Of a stretch of DNA of 64,000 nucleotides, positions 1 to 9,505 are shown piece after piece (the first letter of the stretch is position 1; each line of letters opens with the position of its first letter). The DNA is from a bacterium. GTDB lineage: Bacteria; Bdellovibrionota; UBA2428. The DNA lies in contig JAACVK010000028.1 of the NCBI GenBank assembly GCA_009991595.1, positions 4,137 to 68,136 on the forward strand. Reading direction: 5' to 3'. The position numbers and the translations under genes were made by a program. The notes under the pieces are model-generated. The model did no database searches. It saw nothing but the letters and a program-made list of their open reading frames with translations, and was not told the origin of the DNA.

Positions 1-196
1 GTTAAGAGGTCTAAGTATAGGAATTCAGGTGTTTTTAAATTCCAGGGAAAATAGATTCCGATGATCTGGACTCGATTTTTACGGCTTCCGAAATCTCGGA
101 CTTTTAGCAAAAGGAGAGGTCCAAAACGAAGAAGAATGAATTGAGGCTGGCACGATGATTGCTAATGATTCTAGGCCTCAGGAGGATTTAAAAAAC

Positions 197-1357
197 ATGT
201 ATTCAGTAACACTTAAAACCGCCGTCCTTTCAGCATTAGGAGCCTTTTCAATATCCGCTTTTTCGACCCCCGTTCAAAGCAATGAATGCTCCAATGGAAA
301 AGTAATTCACAAACCCAAGAACGCCAGTGCTTCAATTGATAGCGGATATTTCACAGATAAGACCTGTGAAACCATTTACGTGTTACCTCCCTCCAGCGGG
401 AATCGAACGATTCACTCCATAGCCGAGAATATGAGCAAAATGCATTGCCATTCGATAGATTCAAAGTTCAATATTCTTGATATTATTCGCTCAAAGATTG
501 CCGAAAACGAATCAATTCCAAGTGAAAAGATGACAGAGAAAAATAAAAGTGACCTCGCCATGTTGAAGAAATACTTCCTAAGCACCAAGGAGGAGTTGGC
601 GGAAGAAGCCTTATACGAAGGAAACACGGCCCACGTTGGCTATCAAATCTCGTGGACTCGATTGACCGAAGCCTACAAGAAAGCAAACCCTTCACTAAAA
701 GTTGAAAAACTGCCTTTGCGTGATGCTACGGCCAACAGAATCGCTGTTAGTTCTGAGGCCTCTAAAGACAGTTCCCTTTTACCTGGCACGCATACGCCTT
801 TTGAGTTGGCCGGAAGACCCTCCTTTGAAAGTCGACTCAGCATCGAAGATGCAGAGGAACGCTTGATGGATAGTTACGGCCTCCAAATGACTTACACCTT
901 GTTCGGAACTTGTGAGTTCAAATTTGAAACGGCCGACGCCATTATCTACAATTACCCACTTAAGGTAGCTCCCTACAAACTAAACTTTAACCCCGAAGAG
1001 ATTGCGAAAGCCCTTGTCTCGACTTCAAAATTGAGAGCGTTGTCACTGGAAGAGGCTTATAGCGCCATGGAAGCAATGCCGAAGATCTCTAAGATTCAAA
1101 TCACCAGTGAAGACAACACCCACATTTCAACTGACCAGCGTAAAGGAGTCATCAGATCATTAATTCGTCAGAGTCTAATGGGACTGACCGTGCCGTTGCG
1201 TGCGGACACAAGTGGTGAGCACTATTTTTTAAGAGATTCGGATCTAGAAATTAACCTAAGCCAAGTGCAAGCGCAGCTTTCCGAGATTCTAAAGAGCAAT
1301 GAGGCCGAAGCCTTTGATACTATTCTAGAGGTTGGGCAAATTATTCTTAAAGATTAG
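197..1357 (+). CDS. hypothetical secreted protein
   Basis: ORF 155..1357 in the track. The internal ATG at 197 is preceded by AGGAGG (179-184) and begins a signal-peptide-like segment MYSVTLKTAVLSALGAFSISAFS. No recognisable catalytic motif. Confidence 0.5.
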   Translation: MYSVTLKTAVLSALGAFSISAFSTPVQSNECSNGKVIHKPKNASASIDSGYFTDKTCETIYVLPPSSGNRTIHSIAENMSKMHCHSIDSKFNILDIIRSKIAENESIPSEKMTEKNKSDLAMLKKYFLSTKEELAEEALYEGNTAHVGYQISWTRLTEAYKKANPSLKVEKLPLRDATANRIAVSSEASKDSSLLPGTHTPFELAGRPSFESRLSIEDAEERLMDSYGLQMTYTLFGTCEFKFETADAIIYNYPLKVAPYKLNFNPEEIAKALVSTSKLRALSLEEAYSAMEAMPKISKIQITSEDNTHISTDQRKGVIRSLIRQSLMGLTVPLRADTSGEHYFLRDSDLEINLSQVQAQLSEILKSNEAEAFDTILEVGQIILKD

Positions 1358-1394
1358 AGCATCTGCTCAAAAGCTTTCGCCGGGTCAAGCGATC

Positions 1395-2153
1395 CTAAAT
1401 ATACATACCTTTAGGATCTAGCTTGTCTCGGAGTAAGCGAATATGACCTTCAGGGGGGTCTTTAAGTTCTTTTAGCTTATCGCTGAAGTTGAGTTTGAAG
1501 CCACATTTAGCTTGAACTTGCTCTTTGCTCACACCCGGGAAAAGTTCCGTAACAATCATTTCTTCTTGATCATTAAAGTCCATCACGCACATATCAGTAA
1601 TCACTTTAACTGGGCCGGCCCCAGGGCAACCCAGTTGGCTTCTTGTTTGCTCTCCAACCTTTCGTCCAACACTTGTGATGAAGTCACACTTCTCAACAAA
1701 GGCACGGTCATTGAGACGCATAATGATAAAAACTTTCTTAGAGTGAATAGCAATCTCGCAGGCACCGCCCGAGCCAGGAAGCCTGACCTTAGGGTTGCTG
1801 TAATCACCACCAATAGCCGTGGTGTTCAAATTTCCATAACGATCAATTTGCGCACCACTCAAGAAACCAACCGAAATATTGCCTCGCTGAAGGTAGCATT
1901 GAAAGATATCGGCCACAGAGCAAATGCTAGCAGAGTCCGTCACCAAAGCTGGATCACCGATTGAAACCGGCAATCGTTCTGGCAGAGTTCCAACAGCTCC
2001 TGATTCGTAAATCATAAAGAGTTCGGGCGCGTGAGTTTCTTTGGCTAAATTGCAAGCCACATTTGGTAGGCCGATACCAACAAAGACGACTTCTTTGTTA
2101 GCAAGCTCTTCAGCAGCTCGGCACACCATGCGCTCGGAAGGTTTAATATCCAT
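1395..2153 (-). CDS. CoA-transferase subunit B (3-oxoacid/glutaconate CoA-transferase family, beta subunit)
   Basis: 252 aa. GSGGACE motif carrying the catalytic glutamate of family I CoA-transferase B subunits. Overlaps the upstream subunit A gene by 11 bp, so operonic. Confidence 0.8.
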   Translation of the reverse strand: MDIKPSERMVCRAAEELANKEVVFVGIGLPNVACNLAKETHAPELFMIYESGAVGTLPERLPVSIGDPALVTDSASICSVADIFQCYLQRGNISVGFLSGAQIDRYGNLNTTAIGGDYSNPKVRLPGSGGACEIAIHSKKVFIIMRLNDRAFVEKCDFITSVGRKVGEQTRSQLGCPGAGPVKVITDMCVMDFNDQEEMIVTELFPGVSKEQVQAKCGFKLNFSDKLKELKDPPEGHIRLLRDKLDPKGMYI

Positions 2154-3051
2154 AATCCACTCCTTCGCACATACGAGACTTGGCCTTCAATCTCTCCATG
2201 GTCTTGGTTCCCAATTTTTTCATATAGTCTGCGTGATTCTCGGAAGAATAGACGAATTCATTTAACCAATCTGCATAAGTTTTAGAGTCACGAGAAATAA
2301 CATCCCAATTTACATAAAAATCATTATCACGATCATAGTAACCTTGAGCAAAACTAGGGTGACATCCCCAAGGCTCGTGAACCACACAATCGACAATCAC
2401 CTCGGGAATCAAAGTTCGGTTTGGGTCTCGCCTAATTACGGAAGCCTCGACGATTTCTTCGGCAACAACAATAACTTTCTTTGCAGCAAACGCACTTTCT
2501 TTTTGGGTTCCCATCAAACCCCAAACTTGAGCATTTCCATTTTTGTCAGCTCTTTGAACATGAACCACACAAACGTCGGGATTAAGAGCGGGAACCGTTT
2601 GTATTTTCTTTTGAGTGTAGGGACAGGTGATCTCCTTAATTGCAGGATTCACTTTTGGAATGTCCGTTCCATTGAAGGATTGAATCATCCCAAATGGCTG
2701 CCCCATGGAACCCGCCTGAAGCCGAGTCATCATACCGCCATGGGAATATTCCTCTAGTTCAATGCGCTCTGTGTATTTAGCCTCTGTGTGACGTCTAACA
2801 GCATGCAAGGAACCCACTCCAGGATTCCCCGCCCAGCTAAACACAAGCTTCTTACAAACCCCAGCTTCAATCATTTGATCATAAACAGTGTCTGGGGTTA
2901 ATCGGGCTAAAGTCAGATTCTTCTTCTTTTGTCGAATGATTTCATGTCCAGCTGCATGGCAAATCAAGTGCGTAAAACCTTCGATCACAAGAGTGTCTTC
3001 GTCTTGAACACATTCAGCAACAGCTTCCTTTAAAGAAACTAACTTAGTCAT
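2143..3051 (-). CDS. CoA-transferase subunit A (glutaconate/3-oxoacid CoA-transferase family, alpha subunit)
   Basis: 302 aa. Size and sequence typical of CoA-transferase A subunits (FSWAGNPGVG, HVQRADKNGN). Its start overlaps the aminotransferase stop by 4 bp. Confidence 0.75.
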   Translation of the reverse strand: MTKLVSLKEAVAECVQDEDTLVIEGFTHLICHAAGHEIIRQKKKNLTLARLTPDTVYDQMIEAGVCKKLVFSWAGNPGVGSLHAVRRHTEAKYTERIELEEYSHGGMMTRLQAGSMGQPFGMIQSFNGTDIPKVNPAIKEITCPYTQKKIQTVPALNPDVCVVHVQRADKNGNAQVWGLMGTQKESAFAAKKVIVVAEEIVEASVIRRDPNRTLIPEVIVDCVVHEPWGCHPSFAQGYYDRDNDFYVNWDVISRDSKTYADWLNEFVYSSENHADYMKKLGTKTMERLKAKSRMCEGVDYGY

Positions 3052-4415
3052 TTTTTAAAATACTCCTCAATTGAGTTCACAAGCTTATCGACTAGTTCGT
3101 CAGCATGAGCTTGATCCATGATATAGGGTGGGGCTACCACCCAACCATCTCCATTTACATCATCGGCCATTCCAGTGCTCACCCAAACTATGGCACCATT
3201 CTTAAAGGCCGTGGCCGCTAAACCTTCTGCGACCTTCTCTTTTCGATCAAAGGCTTTTTTGCTTGAACGATCTTTTACAAACTCAACACCCATCATCATC
3301 CCTTTGCCCGTTATAAATCCGACATGAGGGTGTTCCTTCAAACGTTCCATCAATTGATCTTGAATGTAGCTACCAATTTTTGTGCAATTATCCATTAAAC
3401 CTTCTTTTAAGATTTTTTGAACAACTGCCAGCCCACACGCAGCCACTCCCGGACTTTGCAAGTAGGTTTGAGCGTGCAAATAGGAACCAGAGTTTTGATG
3501 AATCACGTCTAAATGCTTTTGTTGAACAATCACCAATGCCAAAGGCATATAGCCGGCATTGATGGACTTCCCTAAAACCATCACATCGGGCTCAAAGTTC
3601 CAATGCTGAGAAGCATAGAACTTTCCAGTGCGTCCCGATCCACAAGCCACCTCATCAGAAATAGTAAGAATATTGTGTTTTTCGCAAAGTTTTTGCATTC
3701 GCTCCAAAAACCCATTCGGAGGTAAAGACCCCAAAGTTGAAGAAGCTCCCATAGGCTCAACAATTAAAGCAGCAATTTCTTCGGGATTCTCTTTTTGAAT
3801 CAAATCCTCGAGTTGTTTGATGTAAAAATCTGCTCCGGTAGAAAAGTAATCTCCCGGCACCTGATTACGGTATTCATAACAGGCATCAACAAATAGAATC
3901 GGCGACAAGTGCATCCCGAAGAATTTCTTATACGCGGGTCGAGCCGACATCGAAAGAGCCATAAAAGTATTGCCGTGATAACCCGGTGTGCGGGCGATGA
4001 TTTTCTTCTTTTTCAGATTGCCCTTTTCTGCGTGAACCTGAAGGGCAAACTTTAAAGCTGCTTCCACAGCATCAGATCCAGAATTGAGCATGGCTACTTT
4101 GTTCAAACCGGGGGGAGAGAGCGATGCAATCAGCGTAGCCAAATCCTCGCTCGCTTGCGAGGTAAAATGCTTTCCGTTTATGTAGGCAACTTTTTTGCAT
4201 TGCTCAAAAACAGCTTCGACAATATCGGAGTTATTGTGCCCCAAACAAGAAACAAAAGCTCCTCCGCACCCATCGATGTATTGGTTTCCCAAAGTATCAA
4301 AGAGATAAACTCCTTCTCCATGAGAAATAACTGGGTATTTCCATCGAAGGTCTCTTAAAAGCACGTTCCCTTGGGGATATTCTACAAAATCAGTCACTGG
4401 CAGTGATTTTATCAC
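3048..4415 (-). CDS. class III (omega) PLP-dependent aminotransferase
   Basis: 455 aa. The ISDEVACGSGRTGKFYA ... LGKSINAGYMPLA region matches the class-III aminotransferase PLP-lysine region. First gene of a three-gene minus-strand operon with CoA-transferase A/B. Confidence 0.8.
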   Translation of the reverse strand: MIKSLPVTDFVEYPQGNVLLRDLRWKYPVISHGEGVYLFDTLGNQYIDGCGGAFVSCLGHNNSDIVEAVFEQCKKVAYINGKHFTSQASEDLATLIASLSPPGLNKVAMLNSGSDAVEAALKFALQVHAEKGNLKKKKIIARTPGYHGNTFMALSMSARPAYKKFFGMHLSPILFVDACYEYRNQVPGDYFSTGADFYIKQLEDLIQKENPEEIAALIVEPMGASSTLGSLPPNGFLERMQKLCEKHNILTISDEVACGSGRTGKFYASQHWNFEPDVMVLGKSINAGYMPLALVIVQQKHLDVIHQNSGSYLHAQTYLQSPGVAACGLAVVQKILKEGLMDNCTKIGSYIQDQLMERLKEHPHVGFITGKGMMMGVEFVKDRSSKKAFDRKEKVAEGLAATAFKNGAIVWVSTGMADDVNGDGWVVAPPYIMDQAHADELVDKLVNSIEEYFKK

Positions 4416-4445
4416 TAAAGACAGGGTGCCTTCGAGTTTTACTAT

Positions 4446-4474
4446 TTGCAGCGCGCTAAGATTGCGCAGTGCAA
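4446..4474. promoter_or_regulatory. imperfect palindrome TTGCAgcGCGC-N7-GCGCagTGCAA in a divergent promoter region (candidate operator)
   Basis: Read directly. It has 9 of 11 matching arm positions with dyad symmetry, and lies between the divergent aminotransferase operon (start 4415) and the thiolase (start 4525). Confidence 0.3.
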
Positions 4475-4524
4475 TTAGAAAATAGATTCAAGTCGAACCC
4501 TTCTGGGGTAGACTCGCTTTTGCC

Positions 4525-5703
4525 ATGGCAAAAGTCCAAACAAAACTATTACGACCTGTTTATATCAACGCTGCTTTTCGGAGTCCTATTGGACGCTTCG
4601 GGGGAAGCCTTAAACATCTAAGCGCAGGGCAACTGGCTGCGAAGCTTCTTAAAAGTGCCATCGCTAAGTCGAAAACCTCTGAAGTGGATTCGGTTTTCTT
4701 AGGACACGCCAGACAGGCTGGCGCCGGCCCCAACACCGCAAGACAAGCCACTATTTTTTCTGGGCTAAATGAGAACATCCCCGCATACACACTCAATCAA
4801 GCATGTGCCTCTGGACTCACTGCCATCATGACCGGAGTAGACAAAATTCAATTAGGCCAAGCCGAAAAAGTTTGGGCTGGGGGAGTCGAATCCATGTCCA
4901 ATACGCCTTATCTTTTAGCCAACGCAAGATGGGGCCAACGACTAGGAAACGATCGGATCATCGATGGAATGTATCAAGATGGCTTTTTCTGTCCAATGTC
5001 CGACATGGTCATGGGACAAACCGTCGAGAATAACTTGGTAAGAGAGTTCAAAATCAGCCGCAAGGAACAAGACGAATACGCATTAAAATCTCAATTGCGA
5101 GCAAAGGCTGCCATTGAAGCAGGCCTTTATAACGATGAAATCCTGTCCATCGCTGCTGAAGGCAAAAACGAAGGCTTAGAAAAAGACGAACACGTCCGTT
5201 TTGACAGCAGCGCTGAATCTCTTTCCACCTTAGCTCCTGTCTTTAATGAAAAAGGCACGATTACCGCCGGAAACTCTTCGGGAATTACCGATGGAGCCTC
5301 TTGGCTTTTGCTCAGCTCTAAGAAAAACGATTACTCTATGGTCGAAGTGTTGGGCTATTCCATAACGGCCTTAGCCCCTCAACGAATGGGCCTAGGTCCG
5401 GTTTCAGCAACCCAGGATCTTTTAAGCAGCTTTAACGTAAAGATGAATCAACTTGCAGCCGTTGAACTCAACGAAGCCTTTGCAGCTCAAGTGATTGCCT
5501 GCCAACGAACTTTAAAGATCTCTGAGGATAAGCTCAACCCAAGAGGGGGAGCGATTGCTTTAGGGCACCCTATTGGTGCCACAGGTGCTAGAATTACCAC
5601 AACTCTGGTTCATCAAATTAAAGCTTCGGAACAAGGCTTAGGGTTGGCCACGCTTTGCGTGAGCGGCGGTATGGGCTTTTCTCTGCTTTTAAGAGCTGTT
5701 TAG
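4525..5703 (+). CDS. acetyl-CoA C-acetyltransferase (thiolase II)
   Basis: 392 aa. Active-site NQACASGL, GHPIGATGARI and C-terminal CVSGGMGFSLLL thiolase signatures. Confidence 0.9.
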   Translation: MAKVQTKLLRPVYINAAFRSPIGRFGGSLKHLSAGQLAAKLLKSAIAKSKTSEVDSVFLGHARQAGAGPNTARQATIFSGLNENIPAYTLNQACASGLTAIMTGVDKIQLGQAEKVWAGGVESMSNTPYLLANARWGQRLGNDRIIDGMYQDGFFCPMSDMVMGQTVENNLVREFKISRKEQDEYALKSQLRAKAAIEAGLYNDEILSIAAEGKNEGLEKDEHVRFDSSAESLSTLAPVFNEKGTITAGNSSGITDGASWLLLSSKKNDYSMVEVLGYSITALAPQRMGLGPVSATQDLLSSFNVKMNQLAAVELNEAFAAQVIACQRTLKISEDKLNPRGGAIALGHPIGATGARITTTLVHQIKASEQGLGLATLCVSGGMGFSLLLRAV

Positions 5704-6275
5704 AGTTCTTGAAGGTAGACATTCTTATAGCAAGCCTTGCCTGCTTTAGCTCCCCAGTGGCCAGTTTCATAACTCGCTTCGGTCATATTTAGTTTTGCGC
5801 TTTGAGCCCCTATGAACAGCCCTTGCTCCGGTTTACTAACTAGACCAATATGCCCCTGCCACCAAATAATATCTCCCGGCTTGGCTTGAGCGCAGTCAAT
5901 CTTGGCTCCTTTCTCATCCAATTCCTCTTTAAAGGTTACAGTGGTCATTCGATCACTTTTGAAAGGGTCCTTTCCTATAGCTTCCTGAATGGCCGCAGAC
6001 ACCAAACCAGAACAATCATAATCAGTCCCATTATCTGGAGGGGGCTTTCCCCATTCGTAATCTCCAATTGGAATCTTGGATTCAACAAACTTAAGGATAT
6101 TGTCTCGACGTAAATCTTCGAGGCTACCAAATTGAAATTGGTTTTGATTAAAATCGGGATGACCCTGTGGAGCAACATGTTGCTGGCTAACAGCCTGAGC
6201 GTCCTCCTGAATACTTACAAAAAATAATATGCCCACAAATGTAAGGAAATAGTAAAATGTGACCGAAGTTCTCAT
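5700..6275 (-). CDS. NlpC/P60 (C40) family secreted peptidase
   Basis: 191 aa. N-terminal signal peptide. DYDCSGLVS catalytic Cys context and a downstream GHIGLV His context typical of NlpC/P60. Confidence 0.7.
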   Translation of the reverse strand: MRTSVTFYYFLTFVGILFFVSIQEDAQAVSQQHVAPQGHPDFNQNQFQFGSLEDLRRDNILKFVESKIPIGDYEWGKPPPDNGTDYDCSGLVSAAIQEAIGKDPFKSDRMTTVTFKEELDEKGAKIDCAQAKPGDIIWWQGHIGLVSKPEQGLFIGAQSAKLNMTEASYETGHWGAKAGKACYKNVYLQEL

Positions 6276-6314
6276 ATAAGTAGCGTAATGAAGTTAACGA
6301 AGAGGGTGGGTTAA

Positions 6315-6905
6315 ATGATGAACAAGAGCACATTAAGTTTAGGTTTAGCTTTGTTCTTAGTGTCTGAAATTACAGGCGCTATGGTTTGTAACCAATCTGG
6401 CCTCAAACAAGCTTCTGCCCCTGAGGTCATCAAATGCTTTCTGGAAAACGACTACCTTGGCGGGCGCCTCGGTGGGAAGAACTCCGTTTTCAACCCAAGT
6501 TTTCTAACGGCTTGGGAAGGCGAAGCAGGCTGGGACATGGCCGTATTGACTGATTCCTACGATTTTAAGGCCATCCCGTGCCCTGCCAAGTCTAGCAAAA
6601 CCGCCCAATGCTTTAAAGTGAACTACAAAGTCTGGGGCACAATCACAAGTGGGCAAGAGGTTATCGATCCATCAGCTACAGTTCGAATGGAACACATGGA
6701 ATTCTTAGTCGACTTTCAATCCAAAGATGCCGCTTGGCGGGTGCTAAACCCCGAACCTTTTCCACCCCATGTTTCCATTTCTGCGATGAGCAAGCACCTT
6801 CAAAAACTAGTTGACGATTTTAATTCTTCAAAAAAAGAGAAGAAATCATCTTGGATGAATAAGCTTTTAAAAAGTTTAGAACGCCTCGAAAAAATAAAAC
6901 CCTAA
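6315..6905 (+). CDS. hypothetical secreted protein
   Basis: 196 aa. Signal peptide MMNKSTLSLGLALFLVSEITGA. No known motif. Confidence 0.5.
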   Translation: MMNKSTLSLGLALFLVSEITGAMVCNQSGLKQASAPEVIKCFLENDYLGGRLGGKNSVFNPSFLTAWEGEAGWDMAVLTDSYDFKAIPCPAKSSKTAQCFKVNYKVWGTITSGQEVIDPSATVRMEHMEFLVDFQSKDAAWRVLNPEPFPPHVSISAMSKHLQKLVDDFNSSKKEKKSSWMNKLLKSLERLEKIKP

Positions 6906-6912
6906 TTGAGCT

Positions 6913-7677
6913 CTAAAAATTATCTCTGCGCTTTCGAAGCTCTGTAAAAATCTCTAGTGCCGAAGCATCTGGCAAATTCAAAGCTTGTTTCAGAACTGGA
7001 TCCTGAGTTCTGAAGAAAAGATTGTTCTTGCGCTCAAATCTTAAACTAGTAGGAACGGTAGGGCCAGAGCTTGATTCCAGCTCTCTTTTCAAAGAAAGCA
7101 ATTCTGAATCATCCTTCAGAATACTCAAACTAAAATTCAAATTATGAAGAGTATATTCATGCGGAATAAAAATAAGGGTTTCATCGGGAAGCTTTGCTAT
7201 CGACTCTAGGCTTTCTAGCATTTGTGCGGGACTCCCCTCAAACAATCGACCGCACCCTAAGCTAAACACAGTGTCTCCACTAAATAGCCAGTTTTGCCCC
7301 TGGCAATAGAAAGCCATTTGATTAAGAGTGTGCCCATCACAGGCTATTGTTTCCCAACTAAGCCCTAGACAATCAAAACTTTCCCCTGGGTTTATCGTTT
7401 TAGAAAGCGAAGGAATTCGATCTAAATCTGCCTCGTTGCCCTTTACCGGAACATCAAAAACATCCAAGATGCCCTTCACTCCATCGGTATGGTCGCCATG
7501 ATGATGAGTTAAAAAAATTGCCACAGGTTTCTTCGAGCTGTCTTTTTTAAAGAAATCCAGGACAGGAGCAGCCTCCCCGGGATCAACCACAATGCATTGC
7601 CCAGTGTCAGTGTTCTCAACAAGGTAAATGTAATTGTCTATAAGCGAGGGAAGTTGTCGCCAGGAATAAGAACTCAA
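6913..7677 (-). CDS. gloB: hydroxyacylglutathione hydrolase (glyoxalase II, MBL fold)
   Basis: 254 aa. THHHGDHTDG metal-binding motif, GDTVFSLGCGRLFEG, HEYTL. Collinear with E. coli GloB over its full length. Confidence 0.85.
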   Translation of the reverse strand: MSSYSWRQLPSLIDNYIYLVENTDTGQCIVVDPGEAAPVLDFFKKDSSKKPVAIFLTHHHGDHTDGVKGILDVFDVPVKGNEADLDRIPSLSKTINPGESFDCLGLSWETIACDGHTLNQMAFYCQGQNWLFSGDTVFSLGCGRLFEGSPAQMLESLESIAKLPDETLIFIPHEYTLHNLNFSLSILKDDSELLSLKRELESSSGPTVPTSLRFERKNNLFFRTQDPVLKQALNLPDASALEIFTELRKRRDNF

Positions 7678-8198
7678 CTCAGTAGTTCCTTAGATTCTTT
7701 TAACAATGCGGCTTTCAATTTTTTTCTGTGATCCCTACGAATTTTTGCCTGCTTCTCTAAGGTTTTCTGTTTAGCTCCTTCTGTGATCAAAGGCGGCATA
7801 GGGGTAGGGACTCCTTTGCTATCCAAAGAAACGAAAGTGAGCAACGCTTTAGTAGTATAGAATTTTGTGCGCTTAATGGGGTTTTCAGCACTCACCACCA
7901 CCATGACTTCGCAACTGGTGTTGTTTACGCAGGTTAAGTTAGCTTCGATGGTGACGATTTCGCCTTGTTTTACACCCTTCAAAAAATGGAGCTCATCTAT
8001 GGAAGCAGTCACACAAATACTGCCCGCGTGTCGTTGAGCGGCGACCGAAGCGGCCACATCAATCCAGCTCATCACAGTCCCCCCAAAAACAGTTCCAAGT
8101 GCGTTTGTATGCTGGGGGAGCACGATTTCAGTCATAGTCACCTTGGAATCGTCAACACTCCGTGCTTTTTCTCTACTTTTGACGCTAGTTCTTGCCAT
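7674..8198 (-). CDS. acyl-CoA thioesterase (hotdog fold, YciA-like)
   Basis: 174 aa. N-terminal EIVLPQHTNALGTVFGGTVMSWID motif of YciA/Acot-type hotdog thioesterases. 4-bp overlap with gloB. Confidence 0.75.
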   Translation of the reverse strand: MARTSVKSREKARSVDDSKVTMTEIVLPQHTNALGTVFGGTVMSWIDVAASVAAQRHAGSICVTASIDELHFLKGVKQGEIVTIEANLTCVNNTSCEVMVVVSAENPIKRTKFYTTKALLTFVSLDSKGVPTPMPPLITEGAKQKTLEKQAKIRRDHRKKLKAALLKESKELLS

Positions 8199-8241
8199 AC
8201 TTTATGTTTTAAACCATCCGACATAGATTAAAATAAATTCT

Positions 8242-8841
8242 ATGAGGGATCTTTCCGTCCATGACGCAAACATTAAGAACCGTTTAGATCGAACCTTTAG
8301 ATTCTTAGGAGTAGAAGGCGTTTTTGTGTTTGGGATGGGCCTAGGATGGTCACTGGCACTATTCTCCTTGAAAGCCCATCTAAGCACGATTCCCATCTTC
8401 CTCTTAAGCACTGGATTCATAACATTGCTTGCGGCCAGTGGTGTTTTCTTTTGGAGATCCAAACTCAACCTAAGTGGATTTCAAAGCCGAAGCGCCATTG
8501 ATATCAGAGATTCCATCCGAGCTTTTCGAATACACGGCGCCCAGGTGCCTTTGATTAATCGACACAGTTTTCGGACTGAGATGATCTGCCTATCCCGAAA
8601 AGATTCCGTGCTACTACCCGATAACCACCGTTTCATTGTAGAACACTGGGCCGGACCCGGAGCTCAAATCAACCTAAAAAGCGGTGCTTTGGACCTAGAT
8701 TCTGAACAGATTCTTTATTTTGATAGCTCCCAACTTGAAAAGTGGGAAAAAGGGAAAATGCGCCTAGCTATTGTGCCAATTGATATTCGTGCCGATGAAG
8801 ATTTGGTGCTATTGTTGCACATCATTCCTCAGGAGGTCTAG
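8242..8841 (+). CDS. hypothetical membrane protein (two N-terminal TM helices, possible bPH/YdbT-like C-domain)
   Basis: 199 aa. Two hydrophobic helices followed by a soluble domain of about 120 aa. Confidence 0.4.
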   Translation: MRDLSVHDANIKNRLDRTFRFLGVEGVFVFGMGLGWSLALFSLKAHLSTIPIFLLSTGFITLLAASGVFFWRSKLNLSGFQSRSAIDIRDSIRAFRIHGAQVPLINRHSFRTEMICLSRKDSVLLPDNHRFIVEHWAGPGAQINLKSGALDLDSEQILYFDSSQLEKWEKGKMRLAIVPIDIRADEDLVLLLHIIPQEV

Positions 8842-8844
8842 AAC

Positions 8845-9384
8845 GTGTTTGCTGCCCATGAAGTCCCTCGAAAAGTAACAAGGCACCCACAGTTAGCAAA
8901 ACAGCCTTTAATTACTGGATCAAACGGACCTAACTTCAACAATCGAATTTGGGCAAAGTTGATCGATTTTGCTTTAATTCATTGTGCCTGCGCTCTGGGT
9001 AGTTGGTTTTGGGGCCCTGCTTTATTGCCACTTGAATTGTTACTTTGGTCCCGCGTGGAATGCGCCGGAAGAGGCCAATCACCTGGAAAATGGCTTCTCG
9101 GCCTACACACAATTGAAGTCTCCAAGGGAAGGGCTATCGGCACCTATAATAGCCTGATCCGGAACCTGCCCTTTGCTGTAATTTCATTTGCGTTTCTATG
9201 GAATTCCGTATTTAGCTGGGCTTTATTGGCTGTGGGAATGCTTGTCATTGCCGTTGAAGCCTTTTTTATCTATCGTTTAAAAACGGGAGTTCGAGTGGGA
9301 GACATCGTTTCTAACTCCAGAGTTTTTGATTATAAAGATGAACACACTTTATTCATCGAGCGCTTCCTAAAAGATGACACCTAG
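8845..9384 (+). CDS. hypothetical membrane protein, possibly RDD family
   Basis: 179 aa. The R..AKLIDFALIH segment resembles the N-terminal RDD-family signature. Multiple TM segments. Confidence 0.4.
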   Translation: MFAAHEVPRKVTRHPQLAKQPLITGSNGPNFNNRIWAKLIDFALIHCACALGSWFWGPALLPLELLLWSRVECAGRGQSPGKWLLGLHTIEVSKGRAIGTYNSLIRNLPFAVISFAFLWNSVFSWALLAVGMLVIAVEAFFIYRLKTGVRVGDIVSNSRVFDYKDEHTLFIERFLKDDT

Positions 9385-9505
9385 GCCCCTAAAAAACCCC
9401 GCTTTTCTGCATTGCGCCAGCAACTAGATCCATAAAGCACTCATGCTAGGTCGCGTTGCTTCCGATAAGGCGGTATTGTCTAAGCTTATGTTTAAGGAGA
9501 AATCT

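Noticed and set aside
390-425. tRNA-like T-arm motif (minus strand CGTTCGATTCCCGCTGG) inside the first CDS
   Set aside because: It lies within an open reading frame encoding PSSGNRTIHS. No acceptor or anticodon arms can be built around it. Taken as chance similarity.
1512-2757. Antisense ORFs 1512..1964, 1601..1813, 2041..2265, 2344..2757 inside the CoA-transferase genes
   Set aside because: These are shadow ORFs opposite well-supported coding regions. No motifs.
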